This document shows positions 1 through 64,000 of a DNA stretch of 64,000 nucleotides, piece after piece. The DNA is from Owenia fusiformis (Eukaryota): positions 49,104,001 through 49,168,000 of the forward strand of contig CAIIXF020000001.1 in assembly GCA_903813345.2 (NCBI GenBank), read 5' to 3'. The notes beneath the pieces were generated by a model. It did no database searches and had not been told where the DNA came from. It worked only from the letters and a program-made list of their open reading frames with translations. A program made the position numbers and the translations under genes. Each line of letters opens with the position of its first letter. Positions within the stretch are counted from its first letter, which is position 1.

Positions 1-1122
1 GAAGATATTGTAACTTCTGATGAATATTTCAAGTCATTCAATACCCTTATCCCTGTTAAGTTTATGTTAGTTAAGAATATAGTATGGATTGCAATAGATG
101 CTGACTCTGCACCATGTTATTGGTGCATCTCAGTCCATTTATGTCTGTAAGTACCTTTCTTCATCCAGCCTTAAATACATCGTGCTATATTGTAGAAACA
201 AACCCTGAAATCACATTTATCTTTCACGGAACATGTCTCTCTGTGTATATCTACACATCAGTGACACATTTATAATTCTTTACAGCAATTTGAATTTTTT
301 CATTTCTTAATAGGGCCTTTAAAGTCTTCAATTGTCCCAGATAAGAAGTTGCATCTTTAAAGGTGGCCACTTTTATTTCCAAAAATCAGGGTTCATCGTG
401 TGAGCCCAGTACCCATGGTACTATTCATGATATTTCATTTTCAGGAAATACACCAAGTATGAAGCCTTATGATAACTGATTCTACTTTTACAGGATAATA
501 TGAAATGTATATTGTTACATGTACAATGTATTATATTTTCTCAAAAATAATTGCAAGATAACGAAACATTACTAGTCTGGTTATGTACTGCAACATCCTC
601 ATTGATGTGTACCAGTATTTGAGAAGGTTTTTCATAGAATATGCTACACTACTCATACTTGTATATGTTGAAAGAACATATAATACATAATACATTCCCC
701 ATAAATATTTATGATTGTTAAACAATGGTGAGTGAGAGTATTAAGTGGTAAATGTTTTCAGTTCTAAAACTTATACAAATGAGAGAATCTAGCATACAAT
801 ACATTCATATTCTTCATAACAAATCCTGTATATGTTTTAGAAACAAGACGATAATGATACATGTTCAGTATTTATCTTTTATTGACTCTTATCATATCAC
901 ATGACCAAACAAATGCCTAGTTTCATAATCTCCAGGATCCACCTCAATTTTTTTATCAACAGATTTTATTGCAATTGATTCGAATAAGTACATGTCAAAA
1001 ATGAGGTACCCATTCACCAGTGGCATAATAGGTGTCACCTCAATCATCGAGCATTAATTGCTGGTGGTAGCACCCATGTTGTACCCAAGTTTATTATATA
1101 GTATCTTGCATTGTATGATTAG

Positions 1123-38769
<37,647 letters not shown>

Positions 38770-39264
38770 TTTCCCTAACCATCAGTAGATGGCATTGCTC
38801 ACTAATTACAAAACATTCGTCAAACGAAATATTCAATTACGGTAATCACATATCCAACTAATTACTGTTATGGTGATTACTTGGTTATTGAACCTGTTCA
38901 ACCCGATTCTATTTAGAGTAATAAGCTATTATTAAAATTTGAGGAAATAGTGAGCACTTACTTAGAAATCCGAGACTAATGTTTAAATTGTGTTGAGTGC
39001 AGTGTTGTATTTAATGGCTCGCATTACACAGCACCAATCTTATAAAATATGTGAACACGTAATATGATGTTACGAAAAAGGGACCAAACAGCTGAAGACT
39101 TCAATGTGTAGTTCAACTTAGAATTCCAACCATTTTTAGAACTAACATTCCCATTTTTTGTTGGTGTATTTATGCTTCTTACATTGTTTTTGCCTGTCAT
39201 GGTTTTGATAAATTTACCTTATCTGTGGTTTTTATCTGTGGTTTTTGTTGATTTGCCTTAAGTT

Positions 39265-39605
39265 ATGGTTGTATAAAAGATTTGTCCCATTGTTGGTTGT
39301 AATAAAATTGTGCAATCATCATAATCATTGGTTATATGTCATATCAATGAAATTATTCTATCTTTGATTATAATAAAATTATCATATCATTGGTTTTAAT
39401 GAAATTATTCTGTCTTTGGTTCTAATAAAATTGTCCCATTGTTTTTTTTTGTATTAAAATTGTCCAATTCTTGATTGTGATTGAATAATTGTATCATTGG
39501 TTTTAAAATAAAATTGTCATATCGTTGGTTTTAATGAAATTGTCCCATCCTTGTTTGTATTAAAATTGTCATATTATTGATCGAAATAGAATTACCCTAT
39601 CATTG
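39265..39605. repeat. Degenerate ~26-bp tandem repeat in/after cubilin 3' UTR containing multiple AATAAA
   Basis: Consensus TTGGTTTTAATAAAATTGTCATATC; AATAAA at 39301, 39372, 39424, 39507. Confidence 0.7.
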
Positions 39606-42304
39606 ACTCTCATACTATTATATATGTGTAATTATGATTTATTTCAGAGACATAAATGTACTATTTGTCTCTGTTTCTGTTGTGGTGTCAGTTTCAGTTT
39701 AATTTTAGTGTTGAATATCATTGAGAAACACCCTTATTAATGAATGTTATGCCTATCATAGTTGTATATAATTGTATATCATTTTCGAATGATGTGATTG
39801 TGTTATGTTAATAAGTAACATTACCTAGTATGCGTGATATAAGTGTGTATTTCATAGGTATATTGTCTAATTACATACTGACTGTCAAACGATTCGACAT
39901 AAAATTTTGATTTTTTGTATTTGAGATCAGAGGAATGTGTATGTGAAATTTTTGACATACAGTATTTTCATTGTTATGTATATATTTTAAATTGTTTGAT
40001 CTACACAATTGTTAATGGAAATGTTATATTACTGTTGTGAACTGTGACTGAAAGATGAAAGTTATTTCAGTTATTATTATGTTTAAGATAATAACTTGAA
40101 ATTATGGTAAAAATAAGATTGAAAATAATTTAGATCAACGGGACAATTATTCCAAGTGAATCAAGGTATTCTAGAGTTGCGGACCTTTTTTTCCTGTGAC
40201 TATTCTCTTGAAAAATGATAAAAGTGTATAACATGTCACTTAACACCTTAGTCATGTGAGAAATATGGTTGTTGTTACCCGCAGACATTTTGATTAGATA
40301 TTATTAAAGGTATTTTTCATTTGTGTCATAAGTGTACAGTGTCACTAACTAATAATATATGAAGTATAATTAAAGCTTCATAGGATATGAAGAATTCTAT
40401 CTCTTAATTAAAAGTCATCTACGTTTGTATCGCTAAGGAAACATGCATGGAATTTTGTCTTATTCTGGAAAATGATTGGATGATATTGAATAAATTGATG
40501 AGATCATTATTGGGAGATTCTGGACCATACAGCAATTCAAACATGGTAAACATTTTATAAATACTCAAAATTCCCCTGCAAACGATGCCATATAGCCCAG
40601 TAATGAACTTTATGGAACAAAAGTTGTCTGAGTGTTGTCTTAGAAAGTGTTGCCTTAGAAAACTTGCAGTACAAAGCATTATATACAGCTGAATGTATAA
40701 GTGAATGTATAAAAAATAAAGATGTGCAATCCTCAATAAATGTACAGCTATATCAATTCTTCAATGTACAGCTGATGGCAAGTTTACAGGTGTCTTCAGC
40801 TTCATTTACAATGTATTTCTACAAAACTGTTTGAAACTAAGTATTAGTTAGTATTACATGTTCTTCAAAAGCAGAAGTATATATCTATTACATAATTCAT
40901 GGGCATATGCAATATTGTAAAATGGTGTTTTTGCAGCAGATCGCTAAATAATTTTTGCTTATTGTCCGTCCGTTTAAGCGATACACTTGAACAAATGATT
41001 TGTATATAAATTCATAGTTTAGTTATACATGTGCTGTTGTATGCCTACTTAGAATGTGTAGAAGCATATTTGTAGTATATATTATAGAAAAAATCATATA
41101 GAAATGTTAAACAATATCAAAGTACATGTAAAATTGGGTCCAATTAATACCATTTAATACTTTATACAGTACATGTCTAGTGTCTTATGGAAAACTAGTC
41201 TTATACAATCAGACTTGTTTTCTATTTTTAGCTTCTTTAACCTTCATCATGTATTAAAAGGTATTGAATGGTCAACTTTTTTAATCATTGTAAAATGTAT
41301 GAAAACTGCTGTTAATAAATCACTGATATGATGAATGAATTATTTGTATAAAGATGATTATATTTTGTAATCAAATTATATTACAAATTATATAAAAAAA
41401 TAAAGAATTATATTTACAAGAAAATGATGAGTTAAGTAAATCTGTATTAAGTTCACCCAAGGTTACTTTCGCAGTTCAGAAAAAATGTGTTTATGCATAA
41501 TGTAGTTGTGTGACTGAGTGGGCCTCAACTACGGAAAAGAGATGTGTACACATCTACGTGTATGTCTGATGATCATGAGACAATAGAGAGTGGGTGTTTC
41601 AGGTGACGACATTATTGCCTCTGCTATGAACTATTGCTGACCTCTTCCCTCCACTGATTTAAATAATATCTCAATTTCATTTATTTTAAATTCACATTTT
41701 TTCATGCATCATCTACAAACTTAGCGATTCTTTTTATTTTCCTTGCAAGAACATCTAAGCATGCGAGTTAATATAGTCCATAATGTTATTAATGGTACCG
41801 ATAATGCTTTTTAATTCAAATGGATATCGGAACTAAAATGAATTCATGTATACTTGAACCATCTGTGATGTATAATTACATGTACTGTAAAAATGAAAGC
41901 AAATAAGTCTAGGAAGACTTACAAGACCTCCAGAGGTGTACATAAAGTTATGATAAATATCGCACATGACGTCATTATTTAGTAACTAATTTTTGGAATT
42001 TTATTAACTTTTAAGAAATGCAAGTTTAAATTAAATTCTACAAAACAATTGACTTACTAATTTGCAAATTTATAAACTTTCAAAAAATAAAACCCAAATG
42101 GAACTTGATCAGAGGACCATTACATGTTTTCTCATGTCTTATGACAACAGAGATTGGCACAATAAGCTTTAAATATACACATTCCTTAATACATAGTGAA
42201 ACTGTAATTATCAGGAGGCGAGGAAATAGCTTAGTCATAAGTGTTAATTATCAATAGTGATATATTATAAGAGATAAGCAAGTCAGATTTCAACTGATTC
42301 CAAG

Positions 42305-43639
42305 ATGAAGAACACGTGCATATACTTCTGCTGTTTCTTGATCAATTTGCAACTTAGAAAAACTAGTTCAATGAATTTTATTAATGAGAATTTCACAAGT
42401 AATCATGTTTTCAATGCAACGAAGACTCCTTGGGTAGATTCAACAATCAACACAAGTCCTGAAGATGGATTCACAATGAATGGTAGACCACACTTCGTTG
42501 TTAGGAAAAATGAAACTGATGTTTTAAATGCAAACTTTCGAAGTGATGAGTTCATGATAAGTGCTGATAGCTATGGAACAGAGAACAATAGTATCGAAAC
42601 TGAAAACAATGGTCTAACAGAAAATGATAGTTTCACAGAACCGACTATCTTGGACCACAGTTGGACAAACAATAATGTGTCAAACAGCAGTCTAGCCGAT
42701 TTAGGAATTATAAAACCAGAACTGCTTAAGTCTCAAATGGTCATCCACATGACCATCGAATGCATCATCATGGTTGCAATCTGTGGTGGGAATATTGTTG
42801 TCCTCATTAGTATAGGGGTATACAAGAGTTTGCATACTGTGAACAACATGTTCCTGGTGAGTCTTGCGATGGGGGATCTGCTCATGGGTGTGCTGGGCTC
42901 CCCAATGTCTATCATAACCCTATATGTCACTCCTCTTCTCTATGGGACTCATATACAGGACAAGTATCTCTGTGCCACCAGGCTCTTCAGTATGGTTAGC
43001 TCAGTAGGGATATCCGTTTACAGCATGGTTGGCATCGCAATTGACCGTTACACTGCCGTTGTGCGTCCATTGAGGTACCGTGAATTGGTGACACGCTCCA
43101 AGGTTTTCTCCTACATTCTATTCGTTTGGGTTTACGTCATTGTAGGCTCAGCCTTTATCTTCTACAAAGATGTCATATTTTTCGAATCTGGAGAAATCTG
43201 CCGTTCTAATCTTGTGATGGACCAAGATTACTCGACGTTTCTGAAGGTTAACCTCTTGGTGGCATTTATAATCAGTACCGTGGCTCACTTTACAGTTGCG
43301 GTGGTGGCTACAAAGCATAAGGCACGCATCACAACTGAGCTAGCTCAATTTAACAACAACCTTGCTGTTGCATATCGCAAAGAAAGTAAAATTACCACGA
43401 CCATGACTGTAATCGTTGGAGTTTTCATGTTGTGTTGGCTGCCATGGACTATCTCCTCAATGATAAATTGGCAGGAAGAACCACAATGGTTTACATCTCT
43501 TCGCTATTATATGGTGGAACTTCACGTTGCAAACAGTGCTCTTAATCCCTTGATTTATGCATACAGGCTGAAGCCAATGAGAAAAGCCATGGGACGCATT
43601 ATCAGGTTTGATTACAAAGGTACAATAAGTGAGAGCTAG
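42305..43639 (+). CDS. Intronless rhodopsin-family (class A) GPCR, divergent adenosine-receptor-like orphan, 444 aa
   Basis: Seven hydrophobic segments with GN (TM1), LAMGD (TM2), C3.25 and AIDRY (TM3), W (TM4), CWLP (TM6), NSALNPLIY (TM7). Long Asn/Ser/Thr-rich N-terminus. Start Met uncertain (M1 vs M23). Confidence 0.92.
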   Translation: MKNTCIYFCCFLINLQLRKTSSMNFINENFTSNHVFNATKTPWVDSTINTSPEDGFTMNGRPHFVVRKNETDVLNANFRSDEFMISADSYGTENNSIETENNGLTENDSFTEPTILDHSWTNNNVSNSSLADLGIIKPELLKSQMVIHMTIECIIMVAICGGNIVVLISIGVYKSLHTVNNMFLVSLAMGDLLMGVLGSPMSIITLYVTPLLYGTHIQDKYLCATRLFSMVSSVGISVYSMVGIAIDRYTAVVRPLRYRELVTRSKVFSYILFVWVYVIVGSAFIFYKDVIFFESGEICRSNLVMDQDYSTFLKVNLLVAFIISTVAHFTVAVVATKHKARITTELAQFNNNLAVAYRKESKITTTMTVIVGVFMLCWLPWTISSMINWQEEPQWFTSLRYYMVELHVANSALNPLIYAYRLKPMRKAMGRIIRFDYKGTISES

Positions 43640-44120
43640 ATTGTATAAATCATAATGAAAAAAAATGTGGGAATCATCTCTGAATGAATGACAAAATGAT
43701 AAATCACAGTTCTAAATGAAAAAAAGTAACCTCAATTCTTAAAATCATTATTACGTTATTACAAGTATTTACAATATTTTGACTCTGCAAAATAGACCAA
43801 AACAAATAGTAGATAAATTTTTCAAGTCTTGACCCACCAAACAGCCGTCATAGAGCAAATGTGACTGAGGCTTAATTCACACATATCTAGGCATCACATT
43901 CTGGCCAATAAGAACATGGTATAGAGATTCTATATTTCACAATGGATGAATGGTTAATGAGGGAAAACTGTAATGAGAGGAAAAACATTGAACAAAAACT
44001 AAATACTGGTAGTATCATATAATGAAAGGTTGACCACTCAATAAGTTTCTGGTTGAATTTTATTCTTTTTAATGATGTGTGAAAATAATTTATGCATGGA
44101 TTCAATAAAGTGTGGGTGAT

Positions 44121-44502
44121 TTAGAGGTTATGTCACTATCGTGGCATATATGCCCGAGGTCTCAGTGATATATGGCCCGACCTTGGGAGGGACATTGATC
44201 TCTGAGAACCGAGGGCATATGTGCCACGATAGTGACATAAACGATTTATAACATACCTATGATGATGTAGACTGGTCAGAGAGTACCATTTTCTTAAAGA
44301 ATTGACAAACAAATGGTTTGAAAATGATTGAAATGAGTTTAGAAAAATTGCTCGCGCAGTTTTAACTTCGATTGATTGGTTATGACGTCAGCGCCTTGAC
44401 CAATCAGAAAGTTAGCGGGCGCGGGCTTTTCAAAACTTATATTGGCCCGCTGTCTTGTGTACACTTTGCACTATACATCATCATAGGTATGTTATAAATG
44501 CA
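44121..44502 (+). mobile_element. Twin-hairpin interspersed element, copy B
   Basis: Hairpin 44128-44240 plus inverted pair 44244-44269 / 44474-44499; same family as 20578-20899. Confidence 0.72.
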
Positions 44503-45383
44503 CTTATTTCTTGTATGCTAGCTTTTGAACTCCTTCTCCAATTCTCATTTAAAGTCTTATAAAAGAACCCAAAACAAAATAAAGTCTTATAAAAGAACCC
44601 AAAACAAAAAAAATATCTCAAATCAATTGAGTCATGTGCTAAAATCCTTTAATAGAGAATAATTAATACACAATTTGATTGGCGAGTATATAGGGCCTGT
44701 GACACAGGTTTTTGAATGTAAATGTTAGATTTACAAAAAATAAATATGGTACCATTAGGTAGGCCAAGGCCAATTCTTCGTACTGTTCCTTCCTTCATTT
44801 AAAAGTATCGAACAATTTAATAACAACTTATTATTCAAATGTGTGATATCATGAAGTTTGTGTTCAAAGCTGAAGATTCATCATATCATTGCTCCAACGC
44901 AGTAACATGGAGCCATCTATAGCCAGTTTTGAAGTTAATGAATGATTTAACTACTTGATTATTGGTTTCAAGAATATATTTGTCTAGTCATAATACAACA
45001 TTGACTTTTACAAAATAAATCACAGTTGTTACCAAGACATCTACATCTAGACTTTTACTACATAATCATAGAGAGTTTTACAGTAGTAGGACTACTATGT
45101 TGTACACATACAAATATTTACACTTTATACAAATATAAATCTAGCAATTCCTTCATTATTTTGAGATAAATCGATTCTCACTATATTGCATGCTTTAAGA
45201 AAGTTCAATTTCACTAAAAGTTCTTAATACAGAGGTCAATATCTTCCAAAAACACAAACATAGAATTTGCCGATAGCACATTCCGTGTATAAAAGAGATT
45301 AGAGGATATTGCCTGCTTACAGGATTATGCATCATTAGAATGTTCTATTATTAATAGTTCTTGTCGCCATTATTAATATGGTT

Positions 45384-61287
<15,904 letters not shown>

Positions 61288-61534
61288 CTTGGATTTAAAA
61301 GTAGGTCAAAATAATAGTCAGGAAATGATGACCTATATTTAAATTATTGCAATTATAAAAATTTTTATATATATGAATTTTATTTATTTTAAATAAGTGA
61401 TCCAACCAGAGAGTCGATGGACCAATAAGGGACAAAAATATTGAGATATTTTTTTATAGCTTTATAAAAGAACCAATCAAATCGATAGGATCCCTTCAGT
61501 CCCGTCTAAAAAGTATCCACGTCGAAAATAAGAA
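61288..61534. promoter_or_regulatory. Putative bidirectional promoter / 5' UTRs of SMARCC (-) and COPZ (+)
   Basis: Divergent ATGs separated by 247 bp. CCAAT at 61422-61426 and 61473-61477. YY1-type AAGATGGCG spans the SMARCC start (cgccatctt 61282-61290). Confidence 0.65.
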
Positions 61535-63888
61535 ATGGAAGTTCCACCACCGGTAGGTTTAATCTAATATTACACCTATCTGGGCTTCATTGGACTAGTT
61601 TTTGCATTGTAATAATCATTTGATACATGTAAGTGTCAACTGTAGTCGAGATTTAACAATCGTGTACTTTGAGCTCGGTAAAAACGAAATGTGAAAAAGG
61701 GTTGTATTTTTTCAAAATCAAAAATCTGAGTGAATAAGAATTGATAGGTATTCGACCAAGAATGATCACAAACCTAAATCTTTACCACTATGGCTTATTG
61801 GCAAAGGTAAGGTTAGGGCTAACGCTTGGCCCTGTGTTTGATTCCCTGTTCACACAAATTTGTTTGTGCATTCCGGGTGTTTGACTGTGCCGCAACTCAT
61901 ATAAAAGGCTTTGGTGTAAACTCGTATCTCGTGTGTAGGACAGAGGGGTGTAATATCGACACGTGGGGTAATGTCGACATAAGAGATGGGGTAACTTCGA
62001 CAGTTACCTATTAGAAGTAGAATTTCCGTTTTCCACCATGTTTGATTTCTGGAAAAATTAAAATCTCACGAGATCTCGATCAATGCAAGATTGAAAATTA
62101 GACCATATAAACAACAAGGTGTCGAAGTTACCCCACATGTCAAAGTAACCCCAAAATGATGTCGACGTTACACCCCTTCGCCCTAGACTATATCCTATTT
62201 AGTCTGAATTATATTCAGACTATAAGGCACCTATGTTAAAGTTTGGTAATTCCAAATATTTGTTTACATAGGAAGTGCTATTCAAAATGGCCGATTGGAT
62301 AAAATTAATTTGCACATTTTTACTTCAACTAGCTTTATTTTCACTAGACAATATGCTGTGTTACTTTTTATTGCATTTAATTGTACCTTACTATTTAATT
62401 GGAATTTTGTAATGTTTATTTTATTGAAAAAATGTTTCCTCCAATTGATAATTTTGTGCAAAAAATTTCACTGCAATTTCCACAGGAAAGTAGTACATCA
62501 TAACAGACTGACTTCTAGTCAGTCTGTTGGATACATACTACCCTTCGCCCTACCAGTGCAAATAAAAGAACACAGTACTCCTTAGCAGGACTAAGGACTC
62601 CTCCAAGGAAGGAGGAGTTTCTGGCTCTGAATTAGAGTGTAAAATACGGAATATTTCAATTAGGTGTTACTCTAATATGGTCTAGTGTTGTCGCGATTAA
62701 TCGATACATCGCGATATACATCGCCAAAGCTGATTCTGGCGATGCATCGATGTCTGAAACAAAACATCGATCTTTTTAAAAAAAATTAATTTGCTAAAAT
62801 TCACCCTTTCTTATCTTATTTTGACGCAAATCGCTTACCTTTCTCATGTCTTATTTCATTTTCCAATGTTTTCTGATATTCTTTCGCTTTAAAACTGTTT
62901 TAGCTAGTCGAAATGAACCATTAATCTAAAAAAATTACTTTACTTTCATTTCACCCTTACTAGATGTCCCCGGATGTACCGGATGTTCGGTATTTTAGTG
63001 CATTAGCGTTCAGTATTTCAGTGCACTTTTCTCGGACTTTTTCTCGATGTACATCGCGATGTGCATCGATGTTTACTACTGAAAATTGCCGATGCATCGA
63101 TGTACGATTATGGCACATCGCGACAACACTAATATGGTCATATATGGTGGTAATCAAGATTAATTTCCTGTAATGGGGACCTATATGGGGTATAATAAAA
63201 ATTCAAAAAATGATAACATATTGTGAATCATTGACCTCTTTCAGCAGTATCCCTTGAAGCTGAATATAAGTAGAACCACTTTTGAGACACTTTTGAAATT
63301 TGGCTTGGCACTTGTTGACTGCAATCACTTACATGACAAATGCATAATATAGGCCTATACAAAGTAACCAGAATTTTTGGATAAAAAATTTGATGATGTT
63401 GTTTATATTTCATTATGTTGAACCAAAACTCACAATTAATAGAAATTCTGAAGGGGAAAAATGTTGACTGTTTTATATAATACAAGTATATCAAATATTT
63501 CCTTTTGGATAAATGTAAAACTTTGTTGGTATAAAACTATGTGATCTTGTATTGACTGTGATATGGATTGTGATACAACCTTTATCCTATGTTCCAAAAA
63601 TTGTGTCTGCACTCAGCACTGTCTTGTCCATGTGTCCTGTCTGTATTCTGAAGAAAACCATTTGATTAATTGATTGACATTTTTATGGGTGTTTTTTTGG
63701 TGTGAAATTGTAAAAAGGATTTGTCTTGGCATGCTGGTTAAAGTCCATTTCATGGAATGATTTGCAACACTGACTAGAACACCGTATATAATACAGCTTT
63801 TTGATGAATTGTTTTTTAGGAGCCGTCTTTATATACTGTGAAGGCCATAGCTATTATGGACAATGATGGCAATAGGATGATAGCTAAG
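61535..63888 (+). CDS. COPZ1: Coatomer subunit zeta, first two coding exons (3'-partial)
   Basis: Exon 63820-63888 (ttttag|..|gtatgt) encodes EPSLYTVKAIAIMDNDGNRMIAK, the conserved zeta-COP N-terminus. An 18-nt first coding exon 61535-61552 (MEVPPP|gtaggt, phase 0) joins in frame. Missed by the ORF track. Confidence 0.88.
61936..62185. mobile_element. Tc1/mariner(pogo)-like MITE in COPZ intron 1
   Basis: TA-flanked imperfect TIR TAGGACAGAGGGGTGTAATATCGAC / GTCGACGTTACACCCCTTCGCCCTA; subterminal GGGGTAA(C/T)(T/G)TCGACA repeats at both ends. Confidence 0.65.
62683..63131. mobile_element. hAT MITE (449 bp) in COPZ intron 1
   Basis: 15-bp perfect TIR TAGTGTTGTCGCGAT; perfect 8-bp TSD ATATGGTC (62675-62682, 63132-63139); subterminal ATCGAT/CATCG repeats. 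Confidence 0.9.
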
Positions 63889-64000
63889 GTATGTGATAGA
63901 TCCTCTAGACTCTTATGAGGAAATACAGGGTGCCATAGATCAAAGTGTTTCCCAAATATTCTCAAACTGCTTTTTAGCTCATTTCAGAGAAGAAATTGTT

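Noticed and set aside
440..735. Additional upstream cubilin micro-exons
   Set aside because: AG/GT candidates exist, but no frame could be supported without transcript data.
40419..40736. 105-aa minus-strand ORF
   Set aside because: AT-rich intergenic/UTR composition, no recognisable motif or splice context.

Overview
AT-rich, intron-rich animal genomic DNA (invertebrate; the repeat repertoire suggests a marine lophotrochozoan, which is an inference). It is not prokaryotic, so most ORF-track entries are single exons or spurious. There are four genes. (1) Cubilin on +: ~63 exons from 1123 to the TAG at 38769, encoding a coiled coil, 8 EGF and 27 CUB domains; the 5' end lies upstream of the window. 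(2) An intronless class-A GPCR, divergent adenosine-receptor-like, at 42305-43639 (+). (3) A complete 21-exon SMARCC/BAF170/moira gene on - (61287 to 45384). (4) The first two coding exons of coatomer zeta (COPZ) on +, head-to-head with SMARCC across 247 bp. Introns hold many non-autonomous transposons (hAT, Harbinger, Transib-like, pogo-like, Helentron/HINE-like, a LINE 3' end) and minisatellites. The most unusual items are a two-copy twin-hairpin element whose fold is conserved while its sequence is not, tandemly multiplied splice sites in two genes, a foldback MITE with CAC ends and a 5-bp TSD, and a possible 32-aa alternative extension in CUB22. I cannot demonstrate a wholly new multi-gene system from sequence alone.
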